NCBI RefSeq assembly: GCF_006345805.1
Contig: NW_021824423.1
Location: 1 to 19,005 of the forward strand
Length of the DNA: 19,005 nucleotides
DNA from: Octopus sinensis
Lineage: Eukaryota
Direction: 5' to 3'
Shown here: one piece after another, positions 10,372 through 19,005 of the stretch
Numbering within the stretch: position 1 is the first letter of the stretch
Layout: every line of letters starts with the position of its first letter
The notes under the pieces: generated by a model
The model's database searches: none
What the model saw: the letters and a program-made list of their open reading frames with translations, nothing else
What the model was told of the DNA's origin: nothing
Made by a program: the position numbers and the translations under genes

Positions 10372-11007
10372 AAGTTTCTTTATTGGTCACACAGGACTGC
10401 ACACAGATGGGACAAATTACAAAGTAGAGCTTTTCTTTTGGAGGATGAAAAAAAAAGTGGCGTAGGTTTTTGATCAAAAGGGATCGTAAAAGGGAAAAAA
10501 GAAAAAAGAAAAAAGGAAAAGAAACAAAAGAAAAGAAAAAAGGAAGAAAAAGAGGAAAAAAAGGGAAGAGGAAAAAAACGATCAATAGGGATCGCGTATC
10601 ACAGTGTCATGATGTACGGTGTAAAGGGGGAAGCAGATAAGGTTTATCCGTAGGAAGAAAAGCCTACGAAAAAGACCACGGTAACCTCGGTCAATATTGT
10701 TATATGTTACCACATTTGTTTGCAAGTGGGTAACCCTCTGTTTTCAATTTCTGGGTTCATACGTGCCATCCTTGCTACATTCACCCATCTTTTTTTAAAA
10801 CATTCGCTAGACAAAACTTGCCTCTCTACTCTCACTTTCCTTTTCAAGTGGTACTTGAAGAAGTTGATGAGAGATTGACCAGAGAGGAAAGTGTTTGTCT
10901 CCAATCCTTTCAGACGCGTCCACCAGATACATTCTTTCGCCATAGCCACAAGGATGATGAAGATAGCTCTTTCTTCCCGTTTGAAGGAAGGAGGGGTGAC
11001 AATATTG
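10372..11007 (-). mobile_element. Tx1-like LINE copy B, 5'-truncated (ORF2 C-terminus + 3' UTR)
   Basis: Minus strand NIVTPPSFKREERAIFIILVAMAKECIWWTRLKGLETNTFLSGQSLINFFKYHLKRKVRVERQVLSSECFKKRWVNVARMARM; 3' UTR ends aataaagaaactt directly into ATCT repeats. Confidence 0.88.
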
Positions 11008-11106
<99 letters not shown>

Positions 11107-11343
11107 AAGATAGATAAAGACGGACAGACAGACAGACAGGCAGGCAGGCAGATAGACAGATAGATAGAGAAAAAGAGAGAGAGAGAGAAAGATAGTAAAT
11201 AAATAGATATACAGTTACATAGAGACAGTGAGAAGAGAGAAATGAATAAATAGAATAAATAGGAGATAGACAGAGACAGACAGACAGATAGACAGACAGA
11301 CAGACAGATAGATAGATATAGATAGATAGACAGACAGACAGAC

Positions 11344-11421
<78 letters not shown>

Positions 11422-11430
11422 GACAGACAT
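11008..11430 (+). repeat. (AGAT)n/(AGAC)n array, 5' flank of Tx1-like copy B
   Basis: Directly visible. Confidence 0.96.
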
Positions 11431-11559
11431 ACATTATGTATATTATGTACACGCCAGTTCTTTCAATATCTGCTTGTCTAAGCACACATGCACATTTACT
11501 GACGCTCTCACACACACATATCCATACACCAACATTGAATAAACTCAATATACAAAAGA

Positions 11560-11712
11560 GCTAATGAGAAAAACCTCTAGCTGTTCATTCTTCTAGTAAT
11601 AGAAACCAAATCGGCTTCAAATATCAGCCTACCATCTTAAAGTAAGGAATACACATATATTTCTATGTCTAAAGAAAGAAATATATGATGTCACGGTTGG
11701 ATTGCCTTTACT
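11560..11712 (-). repeat. Diverged interspersed repeat, likely related to 12850-13000
   Basis: Minus strand aaaggcaatccaaccgtgac resembles aaaggtattccaaccatgat at ~12945-12965 (minus); weak downstream similarity. Confidence 0.4.
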
Positions 11713-11750
11713 AATGACAGCTGAAGTATAACGTGTCATCTATTTTTCAA

Positions 11751-12030
11751 TGGCACTCCGTCGGTTACGACGACCAGGGTTCCGGTTGATCCGATCAACG
11801 GAACAGCCTGCTCATGAAATTAGTGTGCAAGAGGATGACTACTTCACAGACACAGCATAACACAAAATACATCATGACTGGCCCTTTGAATTGCATGTAC
11901 AACTAATTCATTTTTGCCAACTCAGTAAACCGGAGTAACGTGAAATTAAATGTCTTGCACAAAAGTACAACGCGCCCGCCATGAATCAAACTAATGGCCT
12001 AACGATCATCAGCCGAATACCCTAAGTCAC
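11751..12030 (-). mobile_element. tRNA-derived SINE family 3, diverged
   Basis: Minus strand: tRNA-like head (ttagggtattcggctgatgatcgttagg...tttgattcatgg), CORE-like tacttttgtgcaagacatttaatttcac, tail ...gtcgtaaccgacggagtgcca. Confidence 0.6.
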
Positions 12031-12097
12031 GTGCACTCACCTGACATTTTTTAACTAAGGACTCTCCCTCGATTTTTGTACTATTCAAAAAATCAGT

Positions 12098-12360
12098 CTT
12101 GTCTTAAGGCCTTTTTCCTTAGAGCAGTAGTTCAGCCTTGTCTTAATGCCCTTTTCTTTACAGCAGTAGTTCAGCCTTGTCTTAAGGCTCATTTGTTTTG
12201 AGCAGTAGCTTGTCTTAAGACCCTTTTTCTTAGATCAGTAGTTCAGCCTTATCTTCAGGCCCTTTTCCTTAGATCAGTATTTCAGCCTTGTCTTAAGGCC
12301 CTTTTGCTTCGATCAGTAGTTCAACCTTGTCTTAAGGCTCTTTTCCTTAGAGAAGTAGTT
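12098..12360 (+). repeat. 39-bp minisatellite, ~7 units
   Basis: Unit consensus cttgtcttaaggcccttttccttagagcagtagttcagc; units start at 12098, 12137, 12176 (33 bp), 12209, 12248, 12287, 12326. Confidence 0.95.
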
Positions 12361-12524
12361 CCCAACCATCTTTTGCTTCTGGACTCTTTTGATTTCTATT
12401 TAACCTTACTTTCAAAATATTTTATGTATTGTCGGAGTGTAATTACATTATTGCACATAAAATTTGGCAAAGAAATCTTATATGGATCCCCAAAGCTTAT
12501 GTGGACCCCAGTTGAGAACTATTG
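12353..12524. mobile_element. hAT/Charlie-like MITE (~170 bp)
   Basis: Imperfect TIRs aagtagttcccaacc (12353-67) and agttgagaactattg (12510-24) resemble CAGTGGTTCCCAAC-type hAT ends. No 8-bp TSD seen. Confidence 0.55.
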
Positions 12525-12849
12525 TCATGCCAGCAACGATGCATAGGATCTGGCGCAAACGATTGACAGGGACCTTTTGATGGGAAACCTTCAATAGAAA
12601 ATGCATTGAGATGGGGCTGTTGACTAATCCTGCTGGAGCACTTTGCCTCCAAGCGTCACACGCCGCCGGAGCGTTTAAACCACGGTTCGTCTAAGTAAAG
12701 GCAATCCAACCGTGACATCATATAGTCCTGAAAGAAGATCATTAGCGGAATATTGGTGGAATATTTCTATCAAAACTTGTACCAAATGTACGAATAATGG
12801 ACTGACGACCCCACGATATGGTCACTTTTATCTGCTTAATATAGAAGCT

Positions 12850-13000
12850 AAAATCTCTCAAACTCTACGATTGTTTTAGAAAAGAAATGCGTGATATAAT
12901 GTTGTACTGGGTATCTTGCACTGAGAAAAAATCGCGATGATCATGGTTGGAATACCTTTGATCAAGGTTCCGTTCGAGCAGGTCTGACCTGAAGCTAAAC
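12850..13000 (-). repeat. Interspersed repeat of unassigned class
   Basis: Similarity to 11560-11712; class not identifiable by eye. Confidence 0.4.
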
Positions 13001-13412
13001 TATTCTTTTACTCTTTAACTCTTTTACTTGTTTCAGTTATTTGACTGGGGCCATGCTGGGGCACCGCCTTTAGTCGAGCAAATCGACCCGAGGACTTATC
13101 CATTGTAAGCCTAGTACTTATTCTATCGGGTCCTTTTGCCGAACCGCTAAGTTACGGGGACATAAACACACCAGCATCGGTTGTCAGGTGACGTTGGGGG
13201 AACAAACAGACGCACAAACATATACACACACATACATATATATATACATATATACGACGGGCTTCTTTCAGTTTCCGCCTACCAAATCCACTCACAAGGC
13301 TTTGGTCGACCCGAGGCTATAGTAGAAGATACTTGCACAAGGTGCCACGCAGTGGGAGTGAACCCGAAACCATGTGGTTGGTAAGCAAGCTACTTACCAC
13401 ACAGCCACTCCT
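13001..13412 (-). mobile_element. tRNA-derived SINE family 1, near full length
   Basis: Collinear and highly similar to 5155-5558. Confidence 0.9.
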
Positions 13413-13476
13413 ACGATCGTCCTATAACAACAATCTTGATGCAATTATTCAGGACAGAAAAGAAAATAATATATCG

Positions 13477-13865
13477 ATCCATCCATCCATTTTCTCCGCC
13501 CCCTATTCGTGGAAGAAGAGTCCTCAATCACCTCCAAATGGTTCAATCAGAAGCAACTGTCATTACACTTTCTGGCTGGCTGGATTCCCAAGCGTGATCA
13601 ACTGAGACGATGGATATTACTCCACTATCTCGTTCTTGGTTTACACCTTAAGTTATCTGCTGGCTGGCACTAAAGAATCCGTCTTTCGATTCTTTCCTGT
13701 GACATTCTAATTGAATGTCCTCAGTACCCAAGTTCTGACCTCTCAATGCCAAGTAGTAGCGATTCGACCGGAGAAACTCCCTGATAGCCGAGCCATGTAC
13801 CCTGACAAGTAACGTTACTCAAGGCATCTTTCAGAGAAACCCCGTTTTGGCCGCTAGTGGTCGCG
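13477..13865 (-). mobile_element. RTE-clade LINE 3' fragment with (GGAT)n tail
   Basis: Minus strand ...AIREFL / VESLLLGIERSELGY*GHSIRMSQERIERRIL*CQP...KPRTR*WSNIHRLS*SRLGIQP...VASD*TIWR, the typical RTE C-terminus (LRWxGHVxRM, GRPRxRW, DRxxWR); tail (ATCC)n at 13477-13490. Confidence 0.8.
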
Positions 13866-14294
13866 AAAATATTATGAATATTTCTAAATATTATTTACCC
13901 TGCAGATGTGGTCATTTATTTCAGCATCAATGAGGGAGCGATCATACAGGGACAACTATTTCTAAACCTCCATCTTGTCAATCCATCATAATATTTGATT
14001 TTGCTCTCATAGTTATCGATGCATTTGGCCAGGTCATGACATAGCTAAGTGCTAATCTCCAAACAGTGGTGGTTTCATTTTCATTTATTTTTATTTATTT
14101 ATTTACTTATTTATTTTCTAAAGAAATTGGCAAGTTGTTACACACTTTGGAAATAGAATCTACAAGCGGAACAGTAAAATTATTCAAGGTTTAGAAAACA
14201 ATAGGATGTTAGATTCTAAATTACAGCAACGACATCTTGTTTCTTGGTAGAGAAGCCAGCTATTTTTTACAGGAAGAATTCAACTGAAATACAA

Positions 14295-14671
14295 AGATAA
14301 AATGAATGCATACATACATACACGCATACATACATACATACATACATACATACATACATACATACATACATACATACATACATACATACATGCATACATG
14401 CACACAAACACACTCATATATATATATATAATATATATATATATACATTCATACATGCATGCAAGCACATGTATACGCTGTTGTTGAAACAATACACAGC
14501 GCCATTTATGTATGTGTATGTGTGTGTATGTGCGTGCGTGTATGTAAATGCATTTATATTCATATCAAGATATACACAAACACGCAAATATATGTATATA
14601 TGTATATATATACCTATAGTATATGTATATACATGTATTTATACATATATATATACATATACATAGACACA

Positions 14672-14736
<65 letters not shown>

Positions 14737-14775
14737 CTGTATGTATATATGTATATATATATATAAATATATGGT
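14295..14775. repeat. (ATAC)n, (TA)n and (TG)n microsatellite cluster
   Basis: Directly visible. Confidence 0.95.
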
Positions 14776-15035
14776 GGCCATGTAGTCAATGTCGAGCATG
14801 AGCGAACATCGTATGTAAAGAAATGGGTGCTTATAAATATACTTAGAATACATTCTTATATCCATCCATCCATCCGTACATATATACGTACATACATGAC
14901 AAAGTGTGCGATGTGTGAAGCAGTGATCTGTAAAGTTGGTCTCATTGTTACAGAAGGAAGACAAAAAAAATATAAAAAAGCAAAAAGGTAAAAAAACACA
15001 GAAAACAGAAAGGAAATTACATTTTGTTTCGGGTT

Positions 15036-15049
15036 CTCTCTCTTTCTTT

Positions 15050-15080
<31 letters not shown>

Positions 15081-15400
15081 CTCTCTTTCTCTCTTCTCAC
15101 CTTTCACTCTCTCTCTCTCTCTCTTTGTTCCTCTCCTTCTCTTCCTCTCACCTTTTCTTTCCTTCTCTCTCTCTCTTTCTTTCTCTCTTACCTTTTCTCT
15201 CTCACTTTTTCTCTCACTTTCGCTTTCTCTCTCTCCCTCTGTCTCTATCTCTATATCCAATCTCTTTCTGTCTCTCCTTTTTTCTGTCGCTTTCTCACTT
15301 TCTCTTTCTCTCTCCCTCTCTCTCTCCCTCTATCTCTATCCCAATTCTCTTTCTTTCTCTCTCACCTTCTCTCTCCTCTTTCTCTCTTTCTCTCTGTCGC
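15036..15400 (+). repeat. Long (TC)/(TTTC) polypyrimidine low-complexity tract
   Basis: Directly visible. Confidence 0.95.
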
Positions 15401-15407
15401 TCGCTCT

Positions 15408-15730
15408 CATTATCATCTTCAATATCATTATCGTCGTCGTCGAATTCATCATCATCATCATCATCATTATCATCTTCACCATCGAAGTAAACATCAGCTC
15501 AGGTAATAAAGATAAACCCTGAGCAAAGAAAAACATACCACTGGGATTGGGATGAATGCTAATAAAGTGCGGTTAGTAGTTTGGCATTGACGTCTAGTTT
15601 AGAGCAGAGAGGGTGAGGCTGTTGTTGTTGAAAATAATGATGGCGATGATAATAAAGAGGGGGAAGAGGACGACTTCAACGACGATGATACGGACGAAGA
15701 CGGGAAAGGGAGAAACGATGATGAAGATGG

Positions 15731-15763
<33 letters not shown>

Positions 15764-15820
15764 CGATGACGATGATGACGACGACAACGACGATAATAAT
15801 GATGATGATGACGATGATGA
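15408..15820. repeat. (ATC/GTC)n tract, unique core, then (GAT/GAC)n tract
   Basis: Directly visible at ~15408-15485 and ~15630-15820. Confidence 0.9.
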
Positions 15821-15831
15821 TATACATATAT

Positions 15832-16400
15832 GCCATTCATAAGATAATCATCTATTGCTCTGGCATCTCATTTTCTGAAGCAAGGCAGTCTTCATTGTAT
15901 TGGTGGCTATGGTGAAAGAATGCGTGTGGGGGACTCGTGCGAAAGGTTAAAAGATAAACACTTTCCTCTCTGGCCAACCGCTCATAAACATTTTCAAGTA
16001 ACACTTGAAAAGGAAGGTGAGAATAGAGAGGGAAGCTTTATCTCATGAAAGTTTCAATAAAAGGTGAGTGAATGTTGCAAAGATGGTACGTACGAATGAA
16101 GAAACCACTTTGAGCATGATCCTGTAAATCAGAGAGAGAGAGAGAGAGAAGCGTTTGCCTCCCTTCCTGAGGTTATCGTGTGTTTTTTTTTGTGTAGGCC
16201 TTTCTTTCCACGGATAAACCTAATTTCTTTTACAGTTTTACTCCCCCTTTTGGGAACTCAATTATAAACAGAACATTGTTACTTCGGTCTTTAAACGTCC
16301 CAAACGCTTTCGATCCCTTTTGATCGTATTATTTTTTTAGAAAAGAAAAGTTCTACATTGTGTTGTTCCCTCTGTATTCGGCCCTGCATGGTTAATAAAG
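15832..16400 (+). mobile_element. Tx1-like LINE copy C, 5'-truncated (ORF2 C-terminus + 3' UTR)
   Basis: KAVFIVLVAMVKECVWGTRAKG*KINTFLSGQPLINIFK*HLKRKVRIEREALSHESFNKR*VNVAKMVRTNEETTLSMIL*; 3' UTR shares cggataaacc and cgatcccttttgatc with copies A and B; AATAAA at 16394-16399. The 5' boundary is approximate. Confidence 0.85.
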
Positions 16401-16411
16401 ATATATATGCA

Positions 16412-16961
16412 TTGTGTTGTCCGGAAAGTTCGTGCCGATTTTTAAAGGAAAGAAAAAGGTCAATAAATACTTGCCATTACATTTTAAATCAACCAAATAT
16501 GAACCATTTTGTTGCACAATGCGTCTCCATCTTTCCTTTAACTTGAAAATACCCTCTTCCCAGAACTGAGGTGGTTTCATGGTTTCATCAAGGTATCTTT
16601 TTACGTCATCCAAGGAATTGAAATTTTTACCATTAAGACTATTCTGCAGAGACCTGAATAAGTAGAAATCCGAATAAACAATATCTGATGAAAATGGAGG
16701 TTGGGGTAACACATCCCAGCCGAGCTGCAGCAATTTTTGTCTGGTTCCCAAAGCATCAAGTGCCGAAAATGAACTTTTTTATCTTCTATTTTAAAAGGTT
16801 GCAGAATTAGCACAAGTTATAGGAACAAAAACCTTCTTCCACGAAAAGATAGCTTAAACTGTGCTCTAAATAGAGGTGTAGTCAAATCCTATTTTATGGA
16901 CTCAACCATGTCCTAAAATAAGTCGAAAGCTACTATAAATCGGCACGAACTTTCCGGCCAA

Positions 16962-16966
<5 letters not shown>
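16412..16966 (-). mobile_element. Internally deleted mariner transposon with both TIRs
   Basis: 30-bp TIRs at 16412-16441 and 16937-16966 (28/30 identical); TA on the right, CA on the left. Encodes EDKKVHFRHLMLWE fused to TRQKLLQLGWDVLPQPPFSSDIVYSDFYLFRSLQNSL...WEEGIFKLKERWRRIVQQNGSYL (mariner C-terminus). Confidence 0.92.
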
Positions 16967-17008
<42 letters not shown>

Positions 17009-17098
17009 GTGTGTGTGTGTGTGTGTGTCTGTGTGTGTGTGTGTGTATATATGTATATATATATATGAGTGTGTGTAGATACATACATACATACACAC

Positions 17099-17240
17099 GA
17101 CGAGCTCCAACAGTCTTCGTCTGCCATATCCACATACAGAGCTATAGTAGAAGAGACTTGCTCAAGGTGCAGCACAGCATGACTGCATCCAAAACCAGAC
17201 GTTTGCTAAACTTGCTTCCTAACCGCTCAACGAAACCTGC
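17099..17240 (-). mobile_element. SINE family 1, degraded 5' part
   Basis: gctatagtagaagagacttgctcaaggtgc matches 13316-13346 and 5462-5492. Confidence 0.6.
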
Positions 17241-17546
17241 AGCTATGAATGCAATTATTTTCCAAATTAAATTTCTGCTTCGACACCGACACAGATCATT
17301 GTTTCTTCCAAAAGCCGGCAGCTGTATTGTCTCTGGATGAGTGGGACCTGAGTGAGGAACTGACACATACAGCCAATGTTGTTGTGGCTATTATGATGCA
17401 TGCAGAGGAATGAGATGATGAAAGAGCTAGTCAAAGACATTTCTATTTCCCAGAATTCGAAACTTTCTTGGTAAAGTGACACGGTTGAACTGGAATTTGT
17501 GATTATAAATTGTATTGAATATAAATACAAATGCTGAGTATAGCTG

Positions 17547-17707
17547 TAGGCGTAGCTGTGTGGTAAGAAGTTTGCTTTCCAGCCACATGGTTTTGGGTTC
17601 AGTCCGACTGTGTAGCACCTTGGGTAAGTATCTTCTATATAGTCTCGGGCCAACCAAATCCTTTTGAGTGGATTTGGCGGACGGAAACTGAAAGAAGACC
17701 GTCGTAT
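17547..17707 (+). mobile_element. SINE family 1, 5' half
   Basis: gctgtgtggtaagaag...ccacatggttttgggttcagtcc...gcaccttgggtaagtatcttcta...gagtggatttggcggacggaaactgaaagaagaccgtcg. Confidence 0.85.
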
Positions 17708-17760
17708 GACGGTTTCCGTTTGTTGTGTTTTTTCTGTTCTACCTTTGATATATATATATA

Positions 17761-17994
17761 TGAAAAATATATAAACACATAACGAGAGACAAGTACGGGA
17801 CATAATACCAAAAGAAGTCTAACTCAACCTCAGTCGTCGACATTTCTGGTTGCTGCTGTCTTATGAAGCTTTCCTATCTTGCTGTTCAAAGCACGAAATA
17901 GGAAGTGACAAAACAATCGACAACTGGAGAGGAGTTAGACTTCTTTTGGTATTTTGTTCCTACTTGTCTCTCGTTGTGTATTACATATTTTTCA
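17761..17994. mobile_element. Foldback / MITE-like element with ~65-80 bp inverted arms
   Basis: tgaaaaatatataaacacataacgagagacaagtacgggacataataccaaaagaagtctaactc is closely matched by the reverse complement of 17932-17994. Confidence 0.7.
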
Positions 17995-18027
17995 GTCGTT
18001 GCTTTGTCCTGTACTTAATGAGTATCT

Positions 18028-18058
<31 letters not shown>

Positions 18059-18107
18059 TATATATATATAGATATATATATATATATATATAGATATATA
18101 TAGATAT

Positions 18108-18144
<37 letters not shown>

Positions 18145-18379
18145 GATAGAGTGAATATCAATGAGAACAAGATGTACAGGTGTCAATTCATTACGGCCGT
18201 TTCAAGCGACTCCTTTGCTAGGTCGCGTTGTCTGCACACACGGTAGGAATATAAGGTACACACACCCCTACACGGAGTCTAGATAATTAATATTCAATTA
18301 ATAACGTTTTGGTGTGCGGATTATCCCGACCTCGCAAAGTGTCTCAATTTAAGTACCTAATTCAACGGAATCTTAGTTA

Positions 18380-18610
18380 TATATGTGTGTGCGTGTGTGT
18401 GTGTCTGTCTGTTTGTCTGTCTGTTAGTCCCCCACCACCGCTTGAGAACAGGTGTTGATGTTTACGTCCTCATAAAATAGTTGTTCGACCTATGGAACAG
18501 ACTTCAAAAATAAGAAACTGGGGTCGATTCGTTTGTCTAAAAATTTCTTCAAGGCGGTGCCCCAGCATGGCCGTAGTCCAATGATCGAAACAACTGAAAG
18601 AACAAAAGAT
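18380..18610 (+). mobile_element. SINE family 1, 3' half (diverged)
   Basis: gtcccccaccaccgcttgagaacaggtgttgatgtttacgtcc...ctggggtcgattcg...aaggcggtgccccagcatggccgtagtc. Confidence 0.75.
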
Positions 18611-18764
18611 AATGAATACGTTAACATACAGCTTTAATAACACATATACCTATATATACACACATACGCAGATACCACATATATATGCATAGACACTCAC
18701 ACACACAAAGACGTAGATATACACATGCAATGAAGGCAAAAGTAATATACATCAGTAATATTAC

Positions 18765-18978
18765 TCTTCGAGGCACAAGGCCTTAAAAATTTAGTGGGGG
18801 GAGGGCTAGTCCATAACAACGACACCCGTGCGTAACTGGGACTTATTGCATCGACCCCGAAAGGATGAAAGGCAAAGTTGACCTCGGCGGAATTTTGAAC
18901 TCAGAACGTAACGGCATACGAAATACCGTAAGCATTCGCCGCCGCGGCGTGCTAACGTTTCTGCCAGCTCGTAAGCCA
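18765..18978 (-). mobile_element. tRNA-derived SINE family 2, adjacent to (TAA)n
   Basis: Minus strand gagctggcagaaacgttagcac (A-box-like), gagttcaaaattcc (B-box-like), gtcaactttgcctttcatcctttcggggtcgat; homologous to 9150-9365. Confidence 0.8.
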
Positions 18979-19005
18979 TAATAATAATAATAATAATAAC
19001 ACACA

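Noticed and set aside
12098-12360. CRISPR-like array of ~39-bp repeats
   Set aside because: Units are contiguous with no unique spacers, there are no cas genes, and the context is eukaryotic; it is a minisatellite.
12525-12690. Possible second RTE-like 3' end (…AVD*SCWSTLPPSVTRRRSV*)
   Set aside because: Resemblance too weak to call without a profile search.
14936-15836. Hydrophobic, poly-S, poly-H and poly-M ORFs
   Set aside because: Derived from (TC)n and (ATC/GAT)n low-complexity tracts.
16392-16751. Functional mariner transposase or SETMAR-like gene
   Set aside because: Only the C-terminal ~85 residues remain; the DNA-binding domain and two catalytic Asp are deleted.
17295-17469. Possible exon (ag...gtaaag boundaries; FFQKPAAVLSLDEWDLSEELTH)
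   Set aside because: Stops in all three frames, weak polypyrimidine tract, no recognisable homology.

Overview
AT-rich, microsatellite-dense eukaryotic non-coding DNA. The repeat landscape looks like a coleoid cephalopod, probably Octopus (inference from recalled repeat families, not checked by search). I can support no intact protein-coding gene: nearly all listed ORFs are translations of simple repeats or antisense frames of transposon relics. The window holds four pieces of L1/Tx1-like non-LTR retrotransposons, a decayed Penelope-like RT, two plausible (plus one degenerate) minimal hammerhead-ribozyme motifs, an RTE 3' fragment, an internally deleted mariner with both TIRs, a hAT-like MITE with an adjacent 39-bp minisatellite, a foldback element and three tRNA-derived SINE families. 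The strongest signal is that two independent Tx1-like copies sit inside (AGAT)n/(ATCT)n arrays with all four junctions in the same repeat phase, pointing to a microsatellite-targeting retrotransposon family. One of those copies lacks ORF2 entirely.
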